From Paragordius varius (Eukaryota > Animalia > Nematomorpha), in the NCBI GenBank assembly GCA_964247055.1, contig OZ176055.1:3286001-3350000 (forward strand): a DNA stretch of 64,000 nucleotides, read 5' to 3'. Made by a program: the position numbers and the translations under genes. The notes under the pieces were generated by a model. That model made no database searches and was not told where the DNA came from. It was given only the letters and a program-made list of their open reading frames with translations. How positions within the stretch are numbered: the stretch's first letter is position 1; the number at the start of each line of letters is the position of its first letter. Below, one piece after another: positions 25,871-39,700 of the stretch.

Positions 25871-28800
25871 GACAAAAAGTGTAAATATTTTTCTTAAATC
25901 AGGTAAGAACCAAAAAGCACCATGATAACTCTATTTTATCTAAATGTATATACTTAATTTAGGACGCAGTGTATATGATAACAGGTAAATGAATTTTAAA
26001 GATTCGCTATTGACGAAAAAAAAATTTTATCAGAATGCATATATTACTGGATTGTAATGATTATATTCTTAGTTTAGAACTAAAATCTTAACTTTATGTT
26101 AATATCTGGAAATTTCACCTTAAAATGTGTCATTGTGCAATGAATAACTACTTTACTTAAAATAATTTTTGTATAGCAATATGACCTTATTTAAAGATTA
26201 TAGTTTTTTGTAGATGCTCGAAAAAAATATGGATTTGGGATAGAATTTAAAAATATTTAACGCCATTGCATTTTACGTTATTAAAAATAATATTTTTGCT
26301 TTTGTTTTAATGACCTTTGTAAGTTAAGCTATAAAGGCTTAAACATAAATTGGATAAAAGGAGTTTAATGGGAGAAAGAACGATAAATAATTTAAAAATT
26401 GCGTCTTCCTAAAACTGCAACGGATTAAGAAATGTGTATATCTGAGATTCAAAAAAATTTTTAAAAGCGCTTTGAATCCACAATTTTATGTTTTCAAATA
26501 TCGAATTATTGGTTATATGTGTTGGTTAAAGTTAATTGGATCTGAAACACAGTATTTAAGGCAAATATTAATATAAGTCTCTATTAAGCGATAATGCCCA
26601 ACCATAATATTTTAAAGGTAGTTGAAAATATTTAGGGTAAGTTATATAAATTAATATAAGATATATATTTTAATAACAGTAGTTGATTTAGCATCATTTT
26701 TTATAAGGTAATTTTAACTAAAATTAAAAGGTATAAGAAAATAATGAATTTGAATAGGTTCAAATTATCTCATGATATATATCTTAAAATTATTACTTTA
26801 GTTGACACTTATTTCCTCTATGAAGACATAATAGCGGAAGTTCTATGATGATAACACTCCCTATATAATACAATTTTTACACTAAAATGGCTAATGTTAC
26901 CAATAATCATTGCACCATGTAAAAAATTATTTGTCTAAAAAGGATGATTCCAATCTAATGATATCTTAATAACAATTTCTTTGGTCAAGTAGTAAAAATG
27001 TCTGACCATTTATATTATTAAAATTTCATAAATGTGTCATATTTACTGTATTTTTAAATTTTTGGTGATAAAACAATTACAGGTAAACAGGTAATCTTAG
27101 CAGCTACATTATTAAAACTAATCTTTTTTTTTACTTTTTAGATAAATGACGCACACTAGCTTACCAGAGTTCACTTGTATTAGGCTGAAAGGAGGATAGG
27201 AGATATATAAAAAAAATGAAATTAATTGATACATCACTCCATTATTCCAGATATATAGCTATTACATTTATAAATTAAAAAAATAAAGGCCAGCAGTGAC
27301 TATAAGTGATAAATAGCTAGTGCAGGTAAAAATGATAAAATTTTAACTACCATTTATATATTGATCGCAAAAATGCCAAAAAACTGCTTTTGTATCCAAA
27401 AATTTTAAAACTTAGGACGATATCATTTCATAAATATATCTTTGGTAATATAGCCTGTAAGGTGGAAAAAATATTTATATGCCCCATTAGCCCATATCTA
27501 CTTTTTATCATATTTATATATATATATATATATATATATAACATTAATGTATTAATCCCTGTTATAATATGTTTTTAGTTTAATTTGAAAAAAACCCTAT
27601 CCATTTGTTTAATTAAAAATTCTGGTCTGGTCTAATACACAGACTATTTTCGTGCTTTAGATAGCTTAAATTTGTCACGCATGCAACGTTTAATCAATAT
27701 ATGGAAACTGTGATGAAATGGAATTGTGATTGGTGTAAATAACTTGCCTCTGTAAAAGGTAAATATAACCTTAATTTGATTTGAAATCCTAAAATTTTAC
27801 AATAAATAAACTGTTGCTACCAATTTAATAAATTTTTTTTAGATCAAACTTGCTGCCTCACGAATCTGGTTAATCCTATTTAGCTCTAAAAACTGCCAAA
27901 ATATAATGTAATATTAATAAAGAACATATTGAAACATTTAATTGACATTTAAAAAAGTAGTTTGACATAAGTACATATTTTCGATTAAAAAACCAGGTAA
28001 TGATGACATGCATCAACTATTCCTTTCGTATATTTTAAATTAGTTGTGAGCAAAAAATTATAAGAGGATAAAAATTATATAAGGTTGTTGAAAAAATAAA
28101 GATTTGCAACTTCCATATTAAACAAATATTTTCATTTATAGTGGTTTTAATAAATTTATTTGGTTAAAATCTTTAAATTAATTTTAAAGAATGTTATTTT
28201 ATAATGATTTGCCGTGAGGGTCTAAATTCTAAATTATAAATATGGCCTTTCTTTCAAAATATATATTTTTTTTCAAACGGATAATTTCTAGATAAAGAAA
28301 ATACTTTTGTGTCCAATAACTTTTCAATATTTAAATTCAGAAATCACAGGCACACGAATAATAATTAATTATACGAAGTGTTTCCAACGTATATATAGGG
28401 TCCTGTACAATAGCCATTTGGCCGATCCCAAATTTCCCGATAAGAAAAGCATTTTGATCGGAAACTATCTCGAAATTCTTATGATGCGTTTGGATTTGGG
28501 ATCTACCACTATTTTAAGGAATTTACACTTTAATTGGCAAAATTAGCGAACCACATTTACAAGCGCCTTGAAAAAAATTTTAACGCAAATTCGGGGATCG
28601 TGGAATTATTTTCCTAATACATGAAATTTTTTTACAATATTTTAAAACATATTTTGTATTTTAAATAAATTAACTTTTATTTAAGTGTTATCAACAATAG
28701 TCGGGCAATCTCATAGCCAATAAACCTTAGATTAAATTTTTATTACAATTTTTTAATAACTTAAATAGTGTCTCTAATAGTACCGCTATTAATCATAACC

Positions 28801-31800
28801 AGCATTAGTGAGACATTTAAACCACTAATCATTTAAGAGTAAAATTATAATTTAAAACTTACATGCATGCTATCAATATTCGATTTTTTGAGACAATCTA
28901 GTATATAATTATTTTTAATTCCAGACTTTGTCAACATCTGCCAAATTTTTTAAAAAATATCCAAAAGGTTTTTTTTGTTTCAGTATTTTTTTGTATATGG
29001 AGATTATCAACTTTGTTTATTAAATTTTTGAAACCTAATACCTGAAATTTATTTTATCTGAGAATGAATTTGTTTTCTACTTTTGTGTTCTAGTGGTGAC
29101 GAATATTTTTTTTATTGGCCAATTAAAAGAATGAATGCCAAACGAGCGGTAGATTTTTTGGTTAGTAGTGATTTGTGCGTCAAATAGATTTCCAACTATA
29201 CAGTGGATATTTATTGGCCATTTTAATATAATAATTGGTTAAAAGGGGATTGAAATCACGTGTCTGTTTGCTAACATGGTATATCATTGTGCGAACAGCT
29301 CTCACTGTAAAATTTCTCTAAATTTTCAAATAAATACACATACCAACAGACATGTAAATTAAATCAATCTCCTTTTAATCAAATCAATTAAAATAACAAA
29401 TGGTCAATAATAGCTCTTGCTATACGCTCGTGGGAGCGCATTTAGATCATCAAACATATTTTTCGCATCGCTATAAATGCTTTGCCTATAATTATTTGGG
29501 GTTTAGGGAAACAGCTGGAAAAGTAAATAGTTGCTGGTTGCCAAACGCTGCTGTAATAAATTATAAAGCATGTAAGAAGGGTTAAATATACCTCAGAATT
29601 TCGATTAAAATTATGTTTGCCTTCAAATTTATGTTATTTTTGGAAAACATAATTTATTTAATTGTAGGCAAACTTAGGAATCGATAAATCAAATTATTTT
29701 AGAGTTATTAAATAATATATTGAGTGCTATCTGTTTATAATTTACTTTAAAATGCTTTCATCTACGTTTTAACTAAATGCTAATTTTTAACTAGACCAAG
29801 ATTTTCTGGGTCATAATTATATACAAATAATATTTACATTTTAAATATATTTTTTAATGTTTACCAAAAAAACCTATTTAACATTAGCGGTAGTTTTCAA
29901 TATAGATAAACTTTCATAAAAAGGCATCATAGAAAACTTACAATTTTCAAAATATTTTATTTATCCCAATTTGTTTTAAGATTCCCAATTTCATGTAAAA
30001 ATTTTAAAAGCCTTATTATTTAATAAATGTCTCAATTACGATTCTTTGTTACTAACCCTTTTTTTCCCAACCTTTTATTTAATTGGATTTACTGGCAGCG
30101 CATACTTGTGCCATATATCAGATTTCAATTAAATAGAGTGAATTATGGGCTAATTCTAAAAGTAACCATTGGGGTGTCAAACGCCAAGTAAGAGAAAAAA
30201 TGCCGAAAAACGATACAGCTGATTTTTATATTTCAGTTTTTTGAGCCTTAAAATATAATAATATTCGTCCAAATGACCTGCAAGCTTTAATTATTTTAAA
30301 AAATTTAATTAGTTATTTTGAGGTAATCAAATCTGTTTTAATAATCGAAAACTTTGTCCAAATTAAATAGCCTTTATTTCAAAATTGCCAATAACTATAA
30401 ATCACAAGCGAACAATTATACCAATTTAAATAGAGAAATGAACATGAATTAACAATATTAACTTTTAGTTTTAAATAATAGCTTATAAGGTTTAAAGATT
30501 TACTTCATACTTTAAGTTAGTAAACTAAAAAACTTGTACGAGGTACAAGGTATATTTTCACAAAATTCGATTATATGCAAAAGTATTTAAAGATCCAATT
30601 TGGAACTATTTTTTGGAAAAATTAAGTTAATATAAAAACGCTTTATGTCCAAAAGTTTTCAAACTAAATGCCAATTTAAAATCGCCTTAAATTATAGATA
30701 CTTGCAATCATGGCCCATTTTCGTTTTTAACATTTATATTTTATATGGGGTTAGAACCTTAATTTTTACGAAATATTAAATTTAAAGGAGCAATGAAAGG
30801 CCTTTTGAACGCCAGTGACTAAGTTTTAAAATAATGAAACAGATAATATAATTTTAAATTTTAGTTTTTCCCAAAAATTATTTTTCGTCCATATTGATAA
30901 TTTGTCATTAAACATCAACTTCAATTGTATGTTTGCATGTATTTGAACTTGATTTTTATCATAAAAATCATTTTTGACCCATGCAAATATATAACTTGAA
31001 GTGATGGTTTCAGACTAGCTTTGTACAATATCAGCTACAAAATTAGTTAAAATTTATATTAAAATTTATCGAATCATATGTCCGGTCTGTGATCGTAAGG
31101 TATATCTATCTTAAGCCTTATAAAAATTTTTAAATAAGCAAAAAATTATGCATAATTGCACAATTCTCTTACCAATTAATTTTTTTATCCGATATTTGCC
31201 TAAATAAATCAATTTCAAATTAAAAAAATAAATATCAGATTAATAATTCGGAAGATACTTCTTTTTTTTATAACAAACAATTAGTGTTTCCTAAATCTTT
31301 CAGCTTCTTTCGCTTTTGTCGTAATTAATTTCCGATGTCATAGATTATTCACTATTAATACATCGTTCAAAACTTCCAGATTATTATAATAAAAATTTAA
31401 ATGAGTTTCAACCACCACTCAGACAATGATAAATGGAAGGTTAACATTGTCTATATTTTACTAAAATTTCCATAATAGATGAGATAGATTTAATTGTTTC
31501 CAATTCAATATACTTGCATATTATCTATTTAGTTAAAAGTTCAATGTCATGACATGTTTAGGAATAAATGACCAAATAAACTATCCCTATAAAACATGCT
31601 TTTTATTTAGTAACTTACTGTTATTAATAGATAGTTATTAGTTATTCAACATAAATTGCAATCCAACTTCAACACATAGCAAATGTATTAATCCCTTTTG
31701 CTCCAAAATTTATATTTAGAAAATTTTAAATAGTGTTATTAATTAAGGATGAGCTTAAAAAGCATATGCTGAAAGCTCAGCTATGCGCGGCGACGCTTCC

Positions 31801-33437
31801 TCTAAATATTTAAAAGTGCATGATAGAGTCACTTTTTAAATGATTAAAAATCTACTTTCTCAATATTTTTACTATGCAATTGGCTTGGTGAGGGATATAA
31901 GGTGTGTGAGCAATAAAATTCGCGAAGCATTATTAATATATATTTTTTAAACTTGTTAAAATTGCGCCGATCGCCACTAATGTTTGGTACAAATTGAGTT
32001 TTAAAACAGTTAACTGACACCCAAAATTCGATACTAGCAGGTGGATTCTTCATTTTATTATCTATGATAACTTATTAAGTTAACTTTCATATAAAATCTC
32101 CATTTCAACTTTACTTTTCTAATCAAATAAAAAAAGAATCGTCTGCTAACTTCAAAATATGATTGGGCATTTAAGTCATATATTTAAAACACATCTTCAA
32201 ATTATTTGGTAAACGATAAAATTAGCATATAATCAAATACTAAAATTTTTTATAAATTTGAAATAAATTATTATAATCCATCATCGTTATCATTATATAT
32301 TTTTTATTTAATAATATCAAATTTATAAACATTTAATAAAATGTAATTGCAATTATAATCACTCTTTGGTGTAGGGGATCATTTGGGTAATTATCAATTC
32401 ATAGATCATGGGAAAAATATCAATTGGAGAAAAATGTAAAAAATTAAATTAAAAATTATTTCACTTCGATCATTATTTAATGTATAAGTATAATATAGAT
32501 AATAATAATAATAATTGTATTGCATAATTAATTGTTTAAAATGGACATTAAAATGTACTAAATAAATATTTTTGCACAAATTAGTTACACGGTTTTACAA
32601 AATGTTATATGTGGGTTTGGCCTCAATTGTTATAAAAACAATTATTTAATATAATATCAGTTCTGTGATTAAAAATGTAGCAAAGTAAATAAAATTTTTC
32701 GATGATATTTTTCATGCTTTTGTATGCTTGTAATAAATTTAAAATAAAAGATATTACAATGAAAAATCAGCACCATTGGAATTCATGATAAATATATTTT
32801 TGGCTATAAAAAAAAAACAAAAATATCTAATTAAACTAAATTAATTGTATGGTTAAATGTTAATTGCTTTAGCATGGACATTCCAATATCAATCGAAAAG
32901 TATGATTTAATATGCAATAAGTCAATGGAAAGAAAATAAGCATAACGTAATATTCTATTGCATTAATTGAAAATAAACGGGTTAATTATTTGGTTTCGGG
33001 ATACTTCAATGATAGAAAACATATATATGTATGCAAAATATTTCAATAAAATATTGAACTACTGATATATATATATAAAAAATACACAATGGATAAAATT
33101 TTGGCTAAAAATATAGGTTTTACTCATATTTGACATTAATATTATTTTAATTATGTATATCAAAATTAGCTAGTTTGCAGGATGGCATCAAAATTAATTG
33201 TCTAGTATTTGTGTTTAAAATAATATGCAAAAGGAATCAGACAGATCAATATGTTAAATGCATATGCGTATATGAAATGGGCGGTTTTGTTGTGAGAAAA
33301 ATATGCTTTAAATATTTAAGATATGGACGGATTGGTGAAAAGTATCAAATACAATCTTAAATGCTTTTATATAATTAAATTGGAATTCGTTGCTAATCTT
33401 ATTCTACTTGGTAACTCATTTAACGCACTTACTAATA

Positions 33438-36400
33438 TTAATGACCATTTCGCATAGTAAACATAGATTTGATACAATTATTTTCAATCAGGCGCATTTT
33501 AAAATGTTGATAATCCCGTGTTGTCTCATCTAATCCACCATTTTCCTTTTTTGGGCTTGCAAAATCAATAGGTGAAAATTCTGACGTTACGGTGGGCTTA
33601 ATTGCCATGTGGCCGTTGAATGTTGTACCTTTCATACCATTGTATGTGTTATCGTCCGCTGGTAAAAATGTCAATTTAACTGGTGACTTTACAGAATTTG
33701 TTGGGTGATAATGACCGTTTTCGACAGTCCCATTGTGAATTTTATTGTGTGGTTTATCTTGATTGTTATCACCGTTAGTAGTTTGTTCATCTATGCTATT
33801 ATCAAAATTACATTGATTATTGTTGTATGTTAAATCGGTTGACATTGAGGAAGTTGTAGTTTCATTTTCTATGGTTCCAACCGTGCTTTGCTTTTTATTA
33901 CTATCGCCATGTAAATTTATGTTAGCACTATGCCTATCTCGACTCCGTTTGGAGGGGAAAGCTGCCGTACACCCAGGCACTAAACATTTATGCATGAGCC
34001 TGAGATGGACATTCTGGTAATGCGTTTTAACACCAAAATGATTTTGAAATATTTTGCCACACATGAGGCATCGTTTAGGATTCTCGGGATCACATGGGAT
34101 GTTCAACATTTTGGGTTTGGGTGATTGACTACGGACTACTGAAACATAACCACTTCCATTCAAATAATTATTACGTTGTGTTTTGTAGCCATTAGTGGTG
34201 GTACCATTACTTATATTATTATCGGTGTACCAGTGAATATAATTGTTGGACGATTTCGTAGGCGTTATGTTAGTAAGATTATTTTTATTGTGGATAGTGT
34301 TTTTAGTTTTAGGGCAAGGTGGTATTGTCGTGTTTTCATGTTTTTGAATCACATCTTTAATTGTATGTTCAACTTTACCATTTGATAGCGATGTTACATT
34401 TTCCACCAATTTCTCATTTTGCGACAACTTTAATGGAGATTGCAGGAAAGCAGATCCAGGTTTGTCAGTTCCAGTTTTTAAATCCATATTAAAGTTTGAA
34501 TGTTTATCACCATTGTTTATGGATGGTTTAAAAAAACTCATATAGTATTTAAAGATATCGTTGGCAAAAACATTATTGTTGGACGTCAACGTGGTTATTT
34601 GTTCTTTTTTGGCATAGGAGATCACAGTGGTTGTCGATGGTATGTTGCTGAAACATATCAGCCCATTTAGCCGGGAATTTTTCGAACCAGTTCTGGTAAA
34701 ATTATTTTGTTTATTGGACAATGTATAGTTCAAGGGTGGTGATATTTTATTATTCTGAATATCATTGACAGGTTTGGGCTGAGACAAATACGTATTATTT
34801 CCTAACGAATCTAAACTCGAATTCGCAGAGCAAAGGGCATTTTTATTGTTGCATTTGTTCCCAACAATGGCAGTATTGTTTCGACTTAAATCTAGTGGCG
34901 ACAGTGATGATCTTTCAAGCTCAAACCCTTCCGATATAAAGCTGTTTAAAATGGGATTTTTGGTGACTACAGAGGAGGCGTTTGAACGCGATTCCTCCCA
35001 TTTTGGGCTAATGAGCTCAGGGCTAATACATTGATTTTGCGACGACGATGCAATCTTACATGGCACATATGTTTTACGTTTATTTACAACAGCGGCCTTA
35101 GGTAATGAGTATGGGGAGGAAGAGCTTAAAGACACATTTTTTGGATTGGTAGGATATGATTGTGCCACATTTAACGTTATTGTGGTATCCTTCATTTGTT
35201 GTGGTTCTATGCAAATTGTTTCGTTAGAATTAACTGAGGAATCTTCTTCCGTCTTGGTTTGTTTACTAACCATTCCAAACATGTATGGTGGTGGCACATA
35301 AGCTTTTCGTTTGTTTGAGTTAGATGACAAATCGATAGCTTCCTCTTGTTCTTCCTCAGTCAACGTTTTTGACTGTGAAGTATCACCATTTGTCATAACA
35401 CATTCCCCATCTTTAAAACCGTTTTGTGGCTCAAAAGTACAACAATTAGACGACGTGGTAGTAGGTGTATTTAAAGAAGATACCTCATTGTTTGATAGGT
35501 TCAAATCATTCATTTCTTCAGTGCATAAACTTCGGTGATGTCTGTAACCTGGTATGTGTAATCTGGGATTTGGGTTAGCGCTGTGACGATTGCGACTGCG
35601 CCGTGAACTAAACATCATTTCACAACCTTTGACGGTGCATTTGTGCTTTTCCCTCAAATGGACGGCACTATGGTGTATTTTGAGGGAGCCCTTATCACAA
35701 AATGTTTTATGACAGATTGGACATTCCACTCGTTTATGTAACTTGCTAAGGACTGGAGTAGATTCAAGACTAAAGCTTTTCCTAATATTACTAATATCGC
35801 TGGGATTATTGTCATTTTCATTGTTATTATTATTATTAGATAGGGGTAAAAAATTGGAAAACAAACTTAAACTATTTGCCTCAATATGATTTGAAGAGTT
35901 GGATTGGCAATCATTTTCTTCATCGTTCTGCGGCGAAAATGAGCCATGGTTATTATTTTCAACATTAAATGGGCTTGCGCTATTTGAAGAATTTTGCGAA
36001 ACTGAATTATCACACATTTTAATTCGTTTGTGTAAGCCTTCCTCTTTGATCTGATTAGGCTCCGGCGTGGTATAACCCTCGTCTGATTTCGTCTGACCAT
36101 TAATTGAAAAACCTAAAAATATTATAAATATAAACATATATCGGTATATTAAATTTAAATATGATTCTACTCTCCCGTTTTTACACATTTTTAAATATAT
36201 CGTCTGACACTTAAATAAAATTATGGATTAAATGTTACATTAATATACCTTTCTTTTCGGTTTTCAACGGGCACTTTAGTTTTGTAAGATGATTTTTATA
36301 GAAGGGGGTCCGGAAAATATTTAGGTAGTTATGATAAAATTGTTGCCAATATTCAAATTTTATCATGTCGCTTGCATCGGGTGCTAATTTGTGGCTATAC

Positions 36401-36750
36401 CCATTAAATGCGTAATTATGACTATCATAATCATTATTAGGTAAATTAACAAATTTAGTTTTATGATGAGAAGCGGTTTCCGTATCATTTGTATTGCAAA
36501 ATTTCGGATAATCATTTGTTAATCCTTTACTGTTTTTCGGGTGCATATTGGGTTCTTTAATGGGTTCATATTGTTGGGTCGTCGCTAGGCGATTACTATT
36601 ATGAAGTTGAAATAATTGTCGGATTTTTTGGTAATCAGGATGATTCAATATACACCGTTGATCAAAATGATCACTTTTGGGTGTGGTTGTGTTATTGTTA
36701 TTATTGTGCGTTCTGAATAAAGAGTCTCCCATGCTACTTGATAATGACAT
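33438..36750 (-). CDS. disco: disconnected/basonuclin-family C2H2 zinc-finger transcription factor (two finger pairs, ~1050 aa)
   Basis: Exons 36750-36249 and 36112-33438, with a 136-nt phase-1 GT-AG intron. Family-diagnostic fingers CPICHKTFCDKGSLKIH..AVHL..HKCTVKGCEMMFSSRRSRNRHSANPNPRLH and CLMCGKIFQNHFGVKTHYQNVHL..HKCLVPGC.AAFPSKRSRDRHSAN.NLH. An upstream acceptor near 36769 means the true start could be further 5'. Confidence 0.9.
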
Positions 36751-39700
36751 CAAAATTGAATGGTGAATCTAATTTGTTGAATTTATCTAATATGTATTGG
36801 TATTATGATGAATTTAATGCAGAGTTATTAATTATTAATTATTTATGGAGAAAGGATCAGTTGCATCTATCATGTAAAAAAATGTGTGAGCCAGTAGCAA
36901 CATGTACATGAACACAAATTATGTCAATGATTAATTGAAATGGATGAGATAGTAATATAATTTATTGTAGAAGTAGCAAAGTGGTGTTGTAAGTAAAAAA
37001 AAATTTGGACTAAAAGGTAAAACAAGATGTCCAATATTTTAAGCGAACGATTATATATATATATATAAGCTTGCTTTTTGAAGAATTACCTTTATAACAT
37101 TAAAATAGGATGATGTAAAAAAATTGCCATTCACAATAACAATAATGATAATCTGTCTGGTCTTTTTAAATCATTACATCTCTTCTTATCTTCATAAATT
37201 TGTACAAGTGCTGCAGAATAAGAAGGTCTCCTTTTACTTTGCCTTGCCATTACGTATGCTGCTATAAATAAAAAATAACATAAAATGAAAAATAAAATAA
37301 TGATAATAATAAAAATAATTAATAAATGAAAAGCGCGAACTAAAATAAATTGATAAAATATTTCGTCGTTGTTGTTATAAAACAATATATATAAAGGTGT
37401 AACTAAATTTACACAGGTATGGATGAGTAGTATATAATTAATGGGATAAAAAGGGACCATCCAAAAATTTGAAAATGCAATAACAAAGTTTATACATATA
37501 GATACCTTTTCCATGTACATCTCTTTAGTTTTTAGAAGCAATCCAAAAATTAATTAAGAGGAAATTCTCTTCAGACGCAACCAAGTTAAAATTTAAGTAC
37601 AAATTTATATAAAGATAAAGTTAGTATAGAGGGGGATGATTTAAATTTATATATAAATGGATTAGAATTTTTGCTTAGTTTTAGCAAGTATAGGTTTAAA
37701 TATATATGCACTTACATTTTTGAAAAATCCCCTCACATTAATTGATAGGTTAGTACAGAAATAATGATAAGGGCAATATTGGGAAAAGTTAGTCTCGGCA
37801 AAAAGGAAGTAAAAAGGTAAAAATGTAGATGGATAATAGATGGATGGTTCGTGCAATGGGTTTTTTATAAAAAGCATTTATTTCAAGTTTAAATCATTAA
37901 TAATACTCTCGTCCAACAAAAAATAATCGTTAAATTATTTTAAATGATGGTAGAAGTTTTACTTTTCACACACATAACAAAAAGCTAAATATAAAAATCA
38001 TTTTTGAGCGATCATAAAAATTTAATATTTGAAGGCTATAACCAACGACGCAGTTTCCAATGACATGTAATAATGGCAATTTATAATACCAAATTTATTA
38101 AATAATTTTCTTAATGAAAACGATTTTTCGATTGACCAACATATAAAACAACAAATTGTAAATGCATTTGTGGGAAAAAGTGGATGTGATTAAAAAAATA
38201 TATGAAAATATTACACAATTAATCCTGGCTCTCTCCAATGTAACCACTCATTACATAAATATTCTTTCTCTATGTGTGTTTTTATATTTGTGTGCACATA
38301 AAGAGTAAAAAAAGATAAAAATCCGTAACATTTAATGTGATTTAGATTAAAGAATTATAGTTTTTGTCCAATAACGTATGACATAAAAAAAGTTTGTCCA
38401 TAAATATACAAAATTAATGTTATATAAGAAAAATGCTTAATTTAACAATCTATTGTTTGTTACCGAACGCTACTATAATATGGTATTATTGTACTTTATG
38501 AGCTGAGACAAAATTTTAAAATTATGAATATGCCCTCCCCCCCCATATATGATGAAACGCAAAATGTTTAATGTATTACACCCATGAAATAAACATTTAT
38601 TCAAATTGGGTACGTACCCAGTCGGAAAGAGAGGTAGGCTATTAGGCGTCAAAACACGCATATTATTTAAAACTGTTGATAGTAACATTATAAAAATAAA
38701 AGAGTGCACCAGTTATTTAACAAAAAAATAACTTTGCAAAGTTCATAGGCACACTTACATAAAGAGTATACTAAAAACACCTTTATATCAAAAATGAATA
38801 AATATTAAAAGTATTAAGCGGGATAGACTTGCATTTTTGTCAGTTTATTTACATAACTTATCAAATCTATTTTAGCTTTTGCGCAAAGGGATATTCAAAA
38901 TTGTTTAGACATACCTATTAAACCATAAAAGTAATAATTTCTTTTACAAAGGACATATTTAGAGGTTTTAATGTTAAAAGTAATTTGCAAATAATTTTAT
39001 ATTATAAATCTACTTAAATATATTTATTTATAAATGAGTCCAAAAGGGGGATCATATAAATGCGTAATAGTGGTAAAATGAGTACATATAAACACTATTT
39101 TCTTTCATCTCACGACTCATTAATCGCATTATGCACATTATATAAAAAACACAAAACCTGAGAAAACATATTGAAAAATGCAAAATAAACTTTGTGTTAA
39201 CTCAACAAAAAAAACTAAAACTGTGCTATTACGGTTTTGACTGTTTTTTCAAGCTTAATAAATATCATATTTATATTTATTAATATAGGAATGTAGGATG
39301 TAGGCATGTATGATCTCAAAAAATGGTAAATGAATACGTCTTATCTACACACATCAATACAGAAAGAAAGAGACGGTAATAATAAAATGATCAATAAATC
39401 ACAATTTTTTGCTATAATATAAATCCAGGGAACTGAATCAAGCAGTTTGACTTCAGTAGCAAAAAGTGTAAAATAAAAAAAATGGATAATTAAAAAATTG
39501 TTTACAAGCACACATCCTTTAACCTAATAATGATATTATAATTATAGATTTTTAACAGTATTCTAAGATATTTGATATTGGGGGAACAAACAGTAAGATA
39601 TTTGATATATTGATGATTTCATTTGGTAATTTTAATTGGATTGGAAAACACCAAAATCAAAGCTATGAAGTTATAGGCACTTATTTATGTTTTATTTTAC

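Noticed and set aside
27146-27199. Small ORF MTHTSLPEFTCIRLKGG ending like ubiquitin (LRLRGG)
   Set aside because: It is only 17 codons with no other ubiquitin-fold similarity.
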